NCBI GenBank assembly: GCA_052035175.1
Contig: JBPOHV010000001.1
Span: 105,569 to 169,568, forward strand
Source of the DNA: a candidate division WWE3 bacterium
GTDB lineage: Bacteria > Patescibacteriota > WWE3 > UBA101185 > UBA10185
Reading direction: 5' to 3'
Length of the DNA stretch: 64,000 nucleotides
The notes beneath the pieces were generated by a model. It saw nothing but the letters and a program-made list of their open reading frames with translations, made no database searches and was not told the DNA's origin. Shown here piece after piece: positions 17,798-27,028 of this stretch. Position numbers and translations under genes: made by a program. Positions within the stretch are counted from its first letter, which is position 1; every line of letters begins with the position of its first letter.

Positions 17798-18643
17798 TTA
17801 CTTATTGTTTATAAGCTTGGTGTATTTGTGCAAAACAATATTTGTTGAATCATTTTTATTGAAATGTATTATGTCTTTACTTACATGCTCTGTGGTTTGT
17901 CTTTTTCTCATATATTTGGTTTGTAGTTTGTATAAGACATATTCTAATTTATCTATTAAAAGACTGTTTTTATTTGTACTTCTTTGCACAGAAGTTTTTT
18001 CAAATGGGTAATTACACAAATATTTTTTAGCCCAATCATTCTTTTGTAAAAAACTAAAATATATATTGTCTTTGTAAAAATAGGGTTGAAGTAAGACTAC
18101 TTCATTTGCTGTGTAATAATTTCTACCGCGCTTGTCCCACTTTAGCGCATTCTCAGATAAATATATATTTGGACATAACTTATTTTTTGTTTCTGTTCGA
18201 GGATATTTATTTGCAATTATTAAAATGCATGTGACAAACAATCTGGTTAACCAAACTCTATTCTTTTGAGTAACAATCAAAATATCTAAATCGTCGTTTT
18301 CTTTTGCATTGAATGCGGCAACCGATCCGGTTAGCGCCAACATTTTAACCCAAGGTATACTTTTTATAGTATCCAGAATTCTAGAGTTTTCTTCAATTAG
18401 TCCTTTGGAATTCTTATATCGTGTTTTCCATTCGTAAATCCGTACATTTTTTAAAGAATATTTGTTCTTTTTTGATTCAATCTTTTTTTGTTTTACTAAT
18501 TTATTTAAAGCAGTATCAATCTCTAACTTATTATATGGTGTTTTAGAATTCAAGAAGTATGTAAGTTGAAAATAAGAGACGCTAGCGTTAAAAACACCTT
18601 TATAAGCTAGTGTTTCTAAAATAGCTTGTTCACAGTTTGACAT
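17798..18643 (-). CDS. Nucleotidyltransferase-domain protein (Pol-beta superfamily) with N- and C-terminal extensions.
   Basis: GS-x10-DLDILIV motif (LTGSVAAFNAKENDDLDILIVT) at residues about 95-120. 281 aa. Its start overlaps the RNase HI stop by 14 nt. Confidence 0.5.
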   Translation of the reverse strand: MSNCEQAILETLAYKGVFNASVSYFQLTYFLNSKTPYNKLEIDTALNKLVKQKKIESKKNKYSLKNVRIYEWKTRYKNSKGLIEENSRILDTIKSIPWVKMLALTGSVAAFNAKENDDLDILIVTQKNRVWLTRLFVTCILIIANKYPRTETKNKLCPNIYLSENALKWDKRGRNYYTANEVVLLQPYFYKDNIYFSFLQKNDWAKKYLCNYPFEKTSVQRSTNKNSLLIDKLEYVLYKLQTKYMRKRQTTEHVSKDIIHFNKNDSTNIVLHKYTKLINNK

Positions 18644-19034
18644 TTTTATCTAAAACATAATTTACAATTTGATCTGCCGTTTTGTTTTTTGCCCGCTCTA
18701 TATGTGTAAAAGAGATTGTGTCAAATCTGTTTTTTAGATCTGATGCTAGTGCAAACAGTGCTTGCATTCTTGAGTCTTTCACTTTGTATAATCCTTGCAT
18801 TTGTTTTATTACTAGTTCGCTATCCATGAAACACTCTAGTTCGGAGACACCGATACTTGAGCATTTTTGTAATCCCAGGATCAGAGCATTATATTCAGCC
18901 TCGTTGTTTGTTGCATGTCCCAAATACTTTCCTGCCTTTATTTCTTTTTTATTCTCATCAATTATTAATATACCTGCAGCGGCTGGTCCTGGATTGCCTC
19001 TAGATCCACCATCTGTATATAGTTGTGCTTTCAT
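18630..19034 (-). CDS. rnhA: Ribonuclease HI.
   Basis: YTDGGSRGNPGPAAAG (catalytic Asp), NNEAEY (Glu), DSELV (Asp), KTADQ (Asp); 134 aa. Confidence 0.75.
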   Translation of the reverse strand: MKAQLYTDGGSRGNPGPAAAGILIIDENKKEIKAGKYLGHATNNEAEYNALILGLQKCSSIGVSELECFMDSELVIKQMQGLYKVKDSRMQALFALASDLKNRFDTISFTHIERAKNKTADQIVNYVLDKNVKL

Positions 19035-19642
19035 AAATTTTTTGTGTAATAACTTTTTACAAATAAATATGACACGTATAAAACAACACTGACTAATCCA
19101 CCAAGTAATGCATCTACAATTAACACGTGATCGTCTCTTCTAATAAGTGGTGTATCAGCAACTCTTGAAATTTTTAAATTTGGATCAGACTGTTGTGTAA
19201 GGTATTGTGTTTTTGAAAGTAAAATTTCAGATAAGTTATCCCAAATTTTTACCGCTGTGTTTTTGTCATAACTTTTGATAGTTATATTTGCAATATGAGC
19301 CCCTGGGCGTTTGGTCTGAATATATTTTTTGATTTTTTTAATGTTTTCTGTATTTACAGGCATATCTAGTTTCACTAATAACTCTTTTTTTATATCGTTG
19401 CTTTCTGTAAGTGCAACAAACGTATCTGCGAATAATGCTGCATTAGTTTGACTGTAGTATCCTTCGTATGTGAAAAATTCTGCTGATGGTTCTATTTGCC
19501 TACCGATGAAAAAATCTCCTTCCACAATATATTTTTTTGGTAGAGCATAAATACCAATTCCCAACGCTACCCCAATACAAAAAGCTATTAATAAGTATTT
19601 TTTGTGTCTTCTAATATTTAAAAAAAATTTCACCAAATCCAT
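19031..19642 (-). CDS. Wzz/chain-length-determinant-like membrane protein (N- and C-terminal TM helices).
   Basis: N-terminus NIRRHKKYLLIAFCIGVALGIGIYALPKKY resembles the Wzz N-terminal motif; C-terminal TM with GGLVSVVLY. Overlaps the rnhA start (ATGA). Confidence 0.45.
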   Translation of the reverse strand: MDLVKFFLNIRRHKKYLLIAFCIGVALGIGIYALPKKYIVEGDFFIGRQIEPSAEFFTYEGYYSQTNAALFADTFVALTESNDIKKELLVKLDMPVNTENIKKIKKYIQTKRPGAHIANITIKSYDKNTAVKIWDNLSEILLSKTQYLTQQSDPNLKISRVADTPLIRRDDHVLIVDALLGGLVSVVLYVSYLFVKSYYTKNL

Positions 19643-19656
19643 ATATGCTAAGTATA

Positions 19657-20616
19657 TCAGGCAGAATCAATAGGTTGTCGTGTATCTAATTTTTCTTTCA
19701 ACTTGTTAAATTTTTTCATTTCAATTGCCAATTTTTCATCTGTTTCCAATAAAAGCTTTTCTTGTGTTCTGCTAGTTATAAATGCTTCTGTATCTGTGAG
19801 CATTTCCAACAACCCAAAAGTTACGAGTTGCATAACTTTTTGTTTTCCTAGTTGTCCAGCTTTTATCTTGTCTATGATCTCTATGTCATTTGTCAACAGG
19901 ATGAGTTTTGCTGCGTCATGTACGTCGAGAGTGTTTTGTTTTATCTGCTGCGATTGGCTTTGTATATTGTATTTTTCTAGTAATTGTACAGTGCTTAGCA
20001 TCATTAGTGATGTGTACAGCTGAGTATTATACTTTTTGCTGTTTGTATTTATTGCATGTAATTCGGATATAAACGATTGTAGTTCCATATACATTATTAT
20101 GTTTCGAGATAACTCATTGTACACGCGTACATATTGGTCTATCTCATTTGGATGCATATTTAGTATTGTATTAGCTATGTCATTTTCAATGCGCCCATAA
20201 CTATACCTAGTTTCTTGCAACCTGTGTGTCTCTTCATGAACTTTCGTAAGTTGTCGTCCTTGTCCAATAAGTTCTGGTGATTCTATATTTTCACTAAGTG
20301 TTTTTTCTAGTGTTGTTATTATTTCTATTTGCAATTGACTTATTTTTGGGTTCAGTCTAGCTTTAAGGCTTTGTAAACTATCTAAGTTGTCTGATATATA
20401 GAGCTTCGAATCTCCTTCTATGATAGTTTCATTATCTCTATATGGATTAAGCGGATGGTATGTAGATAAATACATTCCAGCATATCTAGGTATTTGTCTA
20501 GCTATTTCTTCGGACTCATGAAAGGGTAATTCGTCTGTTGTTAAATATAGTGGCGCTGGTCGAGTGTCAATTGAATCTTCTGGTATTAGTGAGGAGATCA
20601 TAATGTAATCATACAA
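19657..20616 (-). CDS. Hypothetical helical protein, first gene of the minus-strand operon.
   Basis: 319-aa ORF, coiled-coil-like; no recognised motif. Confidence 0.4.
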   Translation of the reverse strand: MYDYIMISSLIPEDSIDTRPAPLYLTTDELPFHESEEIARQIPRYAGMYLSTYHPLNPYRDNETIIEGDSKLYISDNLDSLQSLKARLNPKISQLQIEIITTLEKTLSENIESPELIGQGRQLTKVHEETHRLQETRYSYGRIENDIANTILNMHPNEIDQYVRVYNELSRNIIMYMELQSFISELHAINTNSKKYNTQLYTSLMMLSTVQLLEKYNIQSQSQQIKQNTLDVHDAAKLILLTNDIEIIDKIKAGQLGKQKVMQLVTFGLLEMLTDTEAFITSRTQEKLLLETDEKLAIEMKKFNKLKEKLDTRQPIDSA

Positions 20617-20646
20617 AATTATTGTATTTAATGTTGAAGTTTTGTT

Positions 20647-21228
20647 ATGATCTTATCAATGCCATACCATCGCATTACACAACAACTAGAAATGACGACT
20701 AAAGTATATTTGTCTATGGCTTTGCTTACTACTGGGTTGTACCTCAATTATTTGGCTGATATGTCGTATGTCTATGGTGCAAATGCAGGCAACGTTTTGC
20801 AAGCTTCTACAGAAATCAATACATTCTCGGGTCAATATTATAAGGGTGTGACTTTGTCAGATCTCAAAGTGTCTGGTGTTAATACACCAACAATTGATTT
20901 CGATTGGGGAAGTGGCGCGCCATATAAAACACTAGCCAAGGATGCTTTCTCTGCAAGGTGGTTCGGACCATTTTATTTTGTTACTTCTGATACATATAGA
21001 TTTATTGCTACCTATGATGATGGTCTGAGACTTTATGTTGATGGTAATTTGGTGATAGATGATTGGAAGTCTGGTATGAAAAGAACGTCTACACAAGATT
21101 TGTTTTTGACTGCAGGCCAACATACTATACAGGTAGAGTATTTTGAAAACTCCGGTACTTCTAGCGTAGCTTTGTCTTGGGAAAAACGTGGTGTTCCTGC
21201 ACCAGTTACTCCTGTTTATATACAATAA
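20647..21228 (+). CDS. PA14-domain protein with an N-terminal membrane anchor.
   Basis: FSARWFGPFYFVTSDTYRFIATYDDGLRLYVDGNLVIDDW is a PA14 signature (as in anthrax protective antigen). Confidence 0.6.
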   Translation: MILSMPYHRITQQLEMTTKVYLSMALLTTGLYLNYLADMSYVYGANAGNVLQASTEINTFSGQYYKGVTLSDLKVSGVNTPTIDFDWGSGAPYKTLAKDAFSARWFGPFYFVTSDTYRFIATYDDGLRLYVDGNLVIDDWKSGMKRTSTQDLFLTAGQHTIQVEYFENSGTSSVALSWEKRGVPAPVTPVYIQ

Positions 21229-21322
21229 AAATTATTTGTTATTTTTTATCTAAAAATCCTTGCTTGTATAGTATGTTGTCCGTATACTTTAATAGACGAG
21301 TTTCGTTGGAAGACTGCCCAAA

Positions 21323-24300
21323 ATGCCCAAAACGAATGTTATTAAAAAATCTGTAAAGATCCCTACTGTACTGATTGCCGGTGGTGCAGGTTTTGTTGGG
21401 TCACATTTGGCGGAAACAATACTTTTACAAGGAGCGCGTGTAATAGTTTTGGATGATTTTTCAACTGGTAAAAAAACTTATGTAGACAAGCTTTTAGCAA
21501 ATCCTTCTTTTGCATTATTTAATGGAGACATAAATCAAGGGGTCCCATCTGAAATTGAAAGTGTCGATTATGTAGTACATTTAGCAGCATTAGAAGAATA
21601 TTTATACAATAATGACTATCTCAATTTAGATTTGCTTCTGACCAATGGAATAGGTACAAAAAATCTTTTAGACTTTGCCACCAAGTGTAACGCCAAATTT
21701 ATGTTGGTTTCGTCTGTCGATGTCTATATGGGGATGATGTCTCAATTGGATGTCGCTAGTTACTTTGGGAAAACTCAACAAGATGAAAAAATGTATTCTT
21801 TGACCGAAGCTAAACGTTATGCTGAAGCTTTGGTATGGGAATATTTTAAAAAATCAAAATTAGATGCGCGCATTGTGCGTTTGCCAGAAATATATGGTCC
21901 GGGTATGGATTTATCTTCATGCGGGGTTTTGGGCATTTATTTACAAGACTTAATTCAGGGTAAAAATTTGACAATTTATGGTGATGGTAATGAAAAATCT
22001 GCATATTTGTATATACAAGATGCAGTGTCTGGTATTGCTAAGGCTTTGTTTTCACCAAATACAGCAGGCAATATTTATTCACTTTATACCGATTCTGTAG
22101 CAGAGTTGGAGCTAGCTTTTTTGGTAAAAAGTGTAGCAGATAGAAAAGTTGATGTGGTTTTTAGTCCTGCATCAGATATCAAAAAACCTCAAAGACGTAT
22201 AACGACCGATACGTATAATCTGAGAGATCTTGGTTGGTCATCGAAAACTTCGTTAAAAGAAGGCATTTTAGAAACGTTGAGTTCGTTTGGGTACTCTCCA
22301 AATGAGCACGCATTTAAACCTGCAAAATATATTGAACAAAAACAAGAGGAGAAACTAGGTATGGTGACCTCGCTCGTCGATTCTAGTTCTCAAAATATTT
22401 CTGTATTTTCTTCTGATACCGATAGGTTACGCAGTCCGCTTGTTTTGAATCTTTCACAAAAGCCGACGGCAGTTTCAGATGTAACATCAAAACATAGATT
22501 TGGCCACATGCCTGATTTTAAAGCTTTTTTCCGCTTTTTTAGAAAGTCTCCAGTTAGCAATGTTTCTAATCAAGAGATTAAAAGTACAAAGACTTACTAT
22601 TTATACAGTGGTTTGGGTGTTGTATTTGCGTTATCGTTGGTATTTCTATTATTGCCTATAACTCAAACATATTTTGGTGTACAACGTGCTGCATCAAATT
22701 TGCAAAACACCGAAGCTCAGTTAAAAGCTTTGGATACTGTTTCTGCTCTTGAATCGTCAAAAGCAGCATATGTTCAATTGAGCAAATCTACAAAGAGTTT
22801 TTCAAAATTGAGATGGTTATTTGTCCTAGTTGGTAAACAAGATGCATATTCTTCTTATTCTAGGTTATTGAGCTCTGCTACTTATTTTTCGAGGGCCGTT
22901 TATAGCTTGTCACAAGGATTTGCTCCTGCAACTAGTGTAATAGAAACTTTAAAGCCAACTTCTCAAACTACTTTGGATGCTTCGGTTTTCAATGATTCGA
23001 AGTTGGCAATTGCTAATGCGCGAAGTTATTTGCAGCTCGCTGAGGCAGATTTGTTGAATGTCGATATATCCAAACTAGACACTAAAGTAGGTCAAAAAGT
23101 CTCTGAATATTCATCAAAGCTGTCTATGCTTTCTGCGACGATAGATCCATTGGTTACTTTGTCTGACCAATTACCTTCTTTGCTTGGTTTGAATGGAGAT
23201 AAAAAGTATTTAGTTTTATTTATGAACAACAACGAATTAAGACCTACAGGCGGTTTTATAGGGTCGTATGCATCTTTAACCTTAAACAAAGGCAAGATAT
23301 CTCAGATTAATATTGATGACATTTATAATCCTGACGGTCAATTAGACATACTTGACATAAAAACTGATCAACCCAAGCCAGTCGTCGATTTTTTGAAAGA
23401 AGATACTTTGCACATTAGAAATGCAAATTGGCATCCTGACTTTGTTGAATCATCAAAGGTAATTGCAGATCTTTATACAAAAGCAACGGGGGAAAAAGTC
23501 GATGGTGTTTTTGCTATAGACTTATACTTTGTTAAATACTTACTAAATATAACAGGTCCGATTTATTTAACGGCTTATAATGAGGAAGTTTCTGCTGATA
23601 ATTTTTATGAGCGTACCCAATTGCACAGTGATTTCAATTATAAAGAAGGGGTTTCTCAGAAGAAGTCATTTTTAGCTGTTTTAGGAGGTAAAGTCTTAGA
23701 GCAAGTTTTTGCTATGGATAAAACTCATGCATCAGCTTTTACCGATTTGTTACAGCGTTCAATTGCTGAGAGGCATGTAATGGGTTACTTTTTTGATGGT
23801 TCATTGGGTAATGTATTCAAAGAAGCAAAAGTCGATGGCAGTCTGGTTAGCTTTCCGAAAGACTATTTATATGTAGTCAATGCTAATCTGGGTGGAACAA
23901 AGTCAAATTATTATGTTGATCAAAAAATGAACTACAGAATAATGTCTATGACACGCGATGGTCTTTTACGTGCTGAGTTAGTCTTAACATATTCTCATAA
24001 CGGGAATGATGATTCATGGCCAGGTGGACCTTATCAAGACTATGTAAGAGTGCTTACTCAATCAGGATCAAAATTGACTGGCGCTAAACTATCGAATAAA
24101 ACTTTGGCTACCGAAGAAGATATTTACAAAAGCGTTTTAATAGATAAAGTAGGTGATTATACGTCTTTTGAATCAAGTTTTACATTAAAACCAAAAGAGA
24201 CTGTTGAACTAACTTTTATGTATGATTTACCACAAACTTTATCTATAACCACAACAAACAAGAATTATGAGTTGTATTGGCAAAAACAACCAGGTACACA

Positions 24301-24445
24301 AGATGATAACTATAATATTGTTTTTGACTATCCTTTTGGTATGACTGTAGAAGATATATTTCCAAAAATCGAACATGATTCAGAAGTGATTAAAGATGCA
24401 GGTGTTTTGAATACAGATAAATATTACAGATTTCACTTTAAATAA
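21323..24445 (+). CDS. Large fusion protein: N-terminal NAD-dependent epimerase/dehydratase (SDR), central TM segment, and a C-terminal DUF4012-like extracytoplasmic domain.
   Basis: VLIAGGAGFVGSHLAE Rossmann motif plus a YxxxK region; TM helix near residue 430; C-terminal motif NNNELRPTGGFIGSYA. 1040 aa. Confidence 0.55.
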   Translation: MPKTNVIKKSVKIPTVLIAGGAGFVGSHLAETILLQGARVIVLDDFSTGKKTYVDKLLANPSFALFNGDINQGVPSEIESVDYVVHLAALEEYLYNNDYLNLDLLLTNGIGTKNLLDFATKCNAKFMLVSSVDVYMGMMSQLDVASYFGKTQQDEKMYSLTEAKRYAEALVWEYFKKSKLDARIVRLPEIYGPGMDLSSCGVLGIYLQDLIQGKNLTIYGDGNEKSAYLYIQDAVSGIAKALFSPNTAGNIYSLYTDSVAELELAFLVKSVADRKVDVVFSPASDIKKPQRRITTDTYNLRDLGWSSKTSLKEGILETLSSFGYSPNEHAFKPAKYIEQKQEEKLGMVTSLVDSSSQNISVFSSDTDRLRSPLVLNLSQKPTAVSDVTSKHRFGHMPDFKAFFRFFRKSPVSNVSNQEIKSTKTYYLYSGLGVVFALSLVFLLLPITQTYFGVQRAASNLQNTEAQLKALDTVSALESSKAAYVQLSKSTKSFSKLRWLFVLVGKQDAYSSYSRLLSSATYFSRAVYSLSQGFAPATSVIETLKPTSQTTLDASVFNDSKLAIANARSYLQLAEADLLNVDISKLDTKVGQKVSEYSSKLSMLSATIDPLVTLSDQLPSLLGLNGDKKYLVLFMNNNELRPTGGFIGSYASLTLNKGKISQINIDDIYNPDGQLDILDIKTDQPKPVVDFLKEDTLHIRNANWHPDFVESSKVIADLYTKATGEKVDGVFAIDLYFVKYLLNITGPIYLTAYNEEVSADNFYERTQLHSDFNYKEGVSQKKSFLAVLGGKVLEQVFAMDKTHASAFTDLLQRSIAERHVMGYFFDGSLGNVFKEAKVDGSLVSFPKDYLYVVNANLGGTKSNYYVDQKMNYRIMSMTRDGLLRAELVLTYSHNGNDDSWPGGPYQDYVRVLTQSGSKLTGAKLSNKTLATEEDIYKSVLIDKVGDYTSFESSFTLKPKETVELTFMYDLPQTLSITTTNKNYELYWQKQPGTQDDNYNIVFDYPFGMTVEDIFPKIEHDSEVIKDAGVLNTDKYYRFHFK

Positions 24446-24488
24446 TTTATCAAATAAGGAAAAAAACCTGGTAAACTAAGACTCAGAT

Positions 24489-26315
24489 ATGCCTATTCAA
24501 GAAAGACAAATGTTGAATAAACAACATGCAGTTCCACAAAATATTATGGATGTGGAATTTAAATTGGTAGGAGATCTTACCATGCGCCAATTCGCTTATT
24601 TGTTGGTATTTGGTGTCCTTGCATATTTTACAGCAAGGACTGTAGGGGGTATTTTCAAATGGCCATTTACAGGGTTTTTTATTTTGATTGGTTTGGGATT
24701 GGCGTTTGTTCCTATACAAGAGCGTGGTATGGATGAATGGATAGTCAATTTTTTAAAGGCTATTTATTCTGAAACCAGGTTGGTTTGGCATAAAGGTACT
24801 TTTGTACCGACAGCTTTTATGTACGATAACATTGCAGTTGTACAGCAAGAGCTTATCACTTTGGCTCCTACTTCTAGCAGGAGAAAACTTGAAGAATATC
24901 TTACATCTTATCAAAAGCAAGAGATTGATCCACTCGATATTCCAGAACGTGACTACATAATGAAAGTACGCTCGGCTTTTGCAAATTCGGCAGTAGTCCA
25001 ACAAGATCAGCAAGCTATGTATGGTGGCGGTGTTCAAGTTTCTGTCGTAGAGCCTGTATCCGAATTGCCACAACCCACATACCAAGAAGTTGTCCAGGAA
25101 GCAGACGTAGCCTCTCAGTTACCTATTTCACCAGTTGTTCAAGTGCAAACTTTTGTAGATACAGCCAATGATTCCCAAGTTGCTGCGACAGAGTCACCAG
25201 TTTCTTCCACACCGGTTTCTTTGCCTGAACCTGTTATGGTGCAGCCACAAGTATCTGTTACACCACCTATAGCAACTCCAATTAGTGCTGTAGTACCGCC
25301 AATTTCAAATATGAAGCCAGTAGTGGCTGCTATTAAGCCTGCAACGCCTAAACCAGTGCAAAAAGCCGTTTCACAAACTCAGCCAAAGAAGCGTAGCCTT
25401 TCACTAAATGTTCCTTCTGTACGCCCGAAAGAAAGCTTTACTGTTTTACCGATGACGCCTGACAGACATTCGGGTAGACGGTTTACAAGTTTATTACCAA
25501 CTACTGGTGAGCTTGTTTTGCCAATTCGAGGCGAAAAAGTATTAAAAACTTCTGAAGAAATTGCTATTGACGATGATATAGGTGAGAAAGCCAAGAAATT
25601 ACAAGGGCTTATTGCGCAAATAAAATCGCAAGAGATGATTACTCGTGAAGAGTCTTTGGAAGTTGTGGCGCAAGATATACCGGCCGCAACAGTCGAGCAA
25701 GTAAAAGAAGTCGAAGTTGCTAAAGAAGCAGGTGCAGTAGCAGATGCATTAAAGCAAAAAAATATACAGTTAACAGAGGAGATAGAGCATTTGAAGAGAA
25801 CTGTAGAGTCTGGAAGTACTAAATCGACAGATGTGTCGGATATGGTTACTAAGATAGATGAACTTGAAAAAAGTAAACAAGTAGCCGCAAACGAATATGA
25901 AGTTTTACAAAGGCAAATGTTAGAACTGCAAAATAGGCTTAGAGAAAAAGGTAGTGTCAGCAATACAAGTTTATCTGCAGTAATAAAGCCATCAACACCA
26001 GCGCAAGTGAAACCATTGACTGATGAGAAAGACATAGTTTCTGGTATAGTTACAGATGACAAAGGCAATGTAGTTCATGGATTAGTTTTGATGATAAAGA
26101 ATAGTAAGGGTGAAGCCGTTCGCGCAGTAAAAACAGATACTCTGGGGAATTTCGTGCTGAGTACACCTTTGGATCGCGGTGTTTATACTGTAGAGCCAAG
26201 TCCATCAAGTAATTTGGATCTGCGTTTTGATATAATTTCAGTAGAAATAAATGGATCAGTTTTACCACCCATACAACTGACTGGACGAGTTAGAGAAATA
26301 AATAACAATGGCTAA
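24489..26315 (+). CDS. PrgI-family (Gram-positive T4SS) membrane protein fused to a Pro/Val/Gln-rich linker, a coiled coil and a C-terminal Cna-B/carboxypeptidase-regulatory-like domain.
   Basis: N-terminus VPQNIMDVEFKLVGDLTMRQFAYLLVFG plus 2 TM helices (PrgI pattern); low-complexity PVxxP tract; C-terminal GIVTDDKGNVVHGLVLMIKN...GNFVL. Confidence 0.5.
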   Translation: MPIQERQMLNKQHAVPQNIMDVEFKLVGDLTMRQFAYLLVFGVLAYFTARTVGGIFKWPFTGFFILIGLGLAFVPIQERGMDEWIVNFLKAIYSETRLVWHKGTFVPTAFMYDNIAVVQQELITLAPTSSRRKLEEYLTSYQKQEIDPLDIPERDYIMKVRSAFANSAVVQQDQQAMYGGGVQVSVVEPVSELPQPTYQEVVQEADVASQLPISPVVQVQTFVDTANDSQVAATESPVSSTPVSLPEPVMVQPQVSVTPPIATPISAVVPPISNMKPVVAAIKPATPKPVQKAVSQTQPKKRSLSLNVPSVRPKESFTVLPMTPDRHSGRRFTSLLPTTGELVLPIRGEKVLKTSEEIAIDDDIGEKAKKLQGLIAQIKSQEMITREESLEVVAQDIPAATVEQVKEVEVAKEAGAVADALKQKNIQLTEEIEHLKRTVESGSTKSTDVSDMVTKIDELEKSKQVAANEYEVLQRQMLELQNRLREKGSVSNTSLSAVIKPSTPAQVKPLTDEKDIVSGIVTDDKGNVVHGLVLMIKNSKGEAVRAVKTDTLGNFVLSTPLDRGVYTVEPSPSSNLDLRFDIISVEINGSVLPPIQLTGRVREINNNG

Positions 26316-27021
26316 AAAAACTAAAGAACAATTAGCAACAACTCAAGATCATTTAGATATATACGATATCAAATATGACTTAGTTTTTTTAAAGAATGGT
26401 TCGGTGAGTGCTGTTATTCAAACAACGGCTGTAAATTTCGATCTTTTATCAGAGATTGAGCAAGACGCAATTATTGCAGCTTTTTCTATGATTCTCAATT
26501 CAATCACATTTTCTGTACAAGTTGTTGTAAGATCTAAAAAATTGGATATTACCAAATACCTAGAAAAGATTTATAAAATTGAAACTAAAATAAAAGATCC
26601 ATTAATGAGATATCATGCAGAGTCTTATAGAAAATATGTACAAGACATAATAAAAGAAAATGATGTTTTGGATAAAAACTTTTATATAGTTGTTTCTACT
26701 GGCCCTCAAGTTTTTTCTGAACCTGGATCAGGCCCATTTGATTGGGCATTGAAGCTGTTGGGTAAACAATCAAAAAGATTAGATGTTGTAGATACAGAAA
26801 GATTATATAAAGAAGCTCAAACTAGTTTGATACCAAAAATCGATCATATCGTAAGCGAATTTCAAAGGTTGGGTGTTAAAATTAGAAAACTAGATACACA
26901 AGAATTAGTAGAACTTTATTTTGATATATATAATCCGACATCCTTGCATGGACAGCGTATAAGAACAAATGTAGAAGATTATAAGACTGCTATTGTGAGC
27001 CCTGCTATTTTGGAAGAATAA
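26308..27021 (+). CDS. T4SS-associated protein resembling the N-terminal domain of VirB4/TrbE (paralogous fragment).
   Basis: YDIKYDLVFLKNGSVSAVIQTTAVNFDLLSEIEQDAI parallels the N-terminal region of the downstream VirB4-like protein. No ATPase motifs. Confidence 0.35.
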   Translation: MAKKTKEQLATTQDHLDIYDIKYDLVFLKNGSVSAVIQTTAVNFDLLSEIEQDAIIAAFSMILNSITFSVQVVVRSKKLDITKYLEKIYKIETKIKDPLMRYHAESYRKYVQDIIKENDVLDKNFYIVVSTGPQVFSEPGSGPFDWALKLLGKQSKRLDVVDTERLYKEAQTSLIPKIDHIVSEFQRLGVKIRKLDTQELVELYFDIYNPTSLHGQRIRTNVEDYKTAIVSPAILEE

Positions 27022-27028
27022 TTATTTT

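Noticed and set aside
25379-26068. 229-aa minus-strand Ser/Cys-rich ORF.
   Set aside because: It is antisense to the low-complexity Pro/Val-rich linker of the PrgI-like gene; the open frame is explained by compositional bias.
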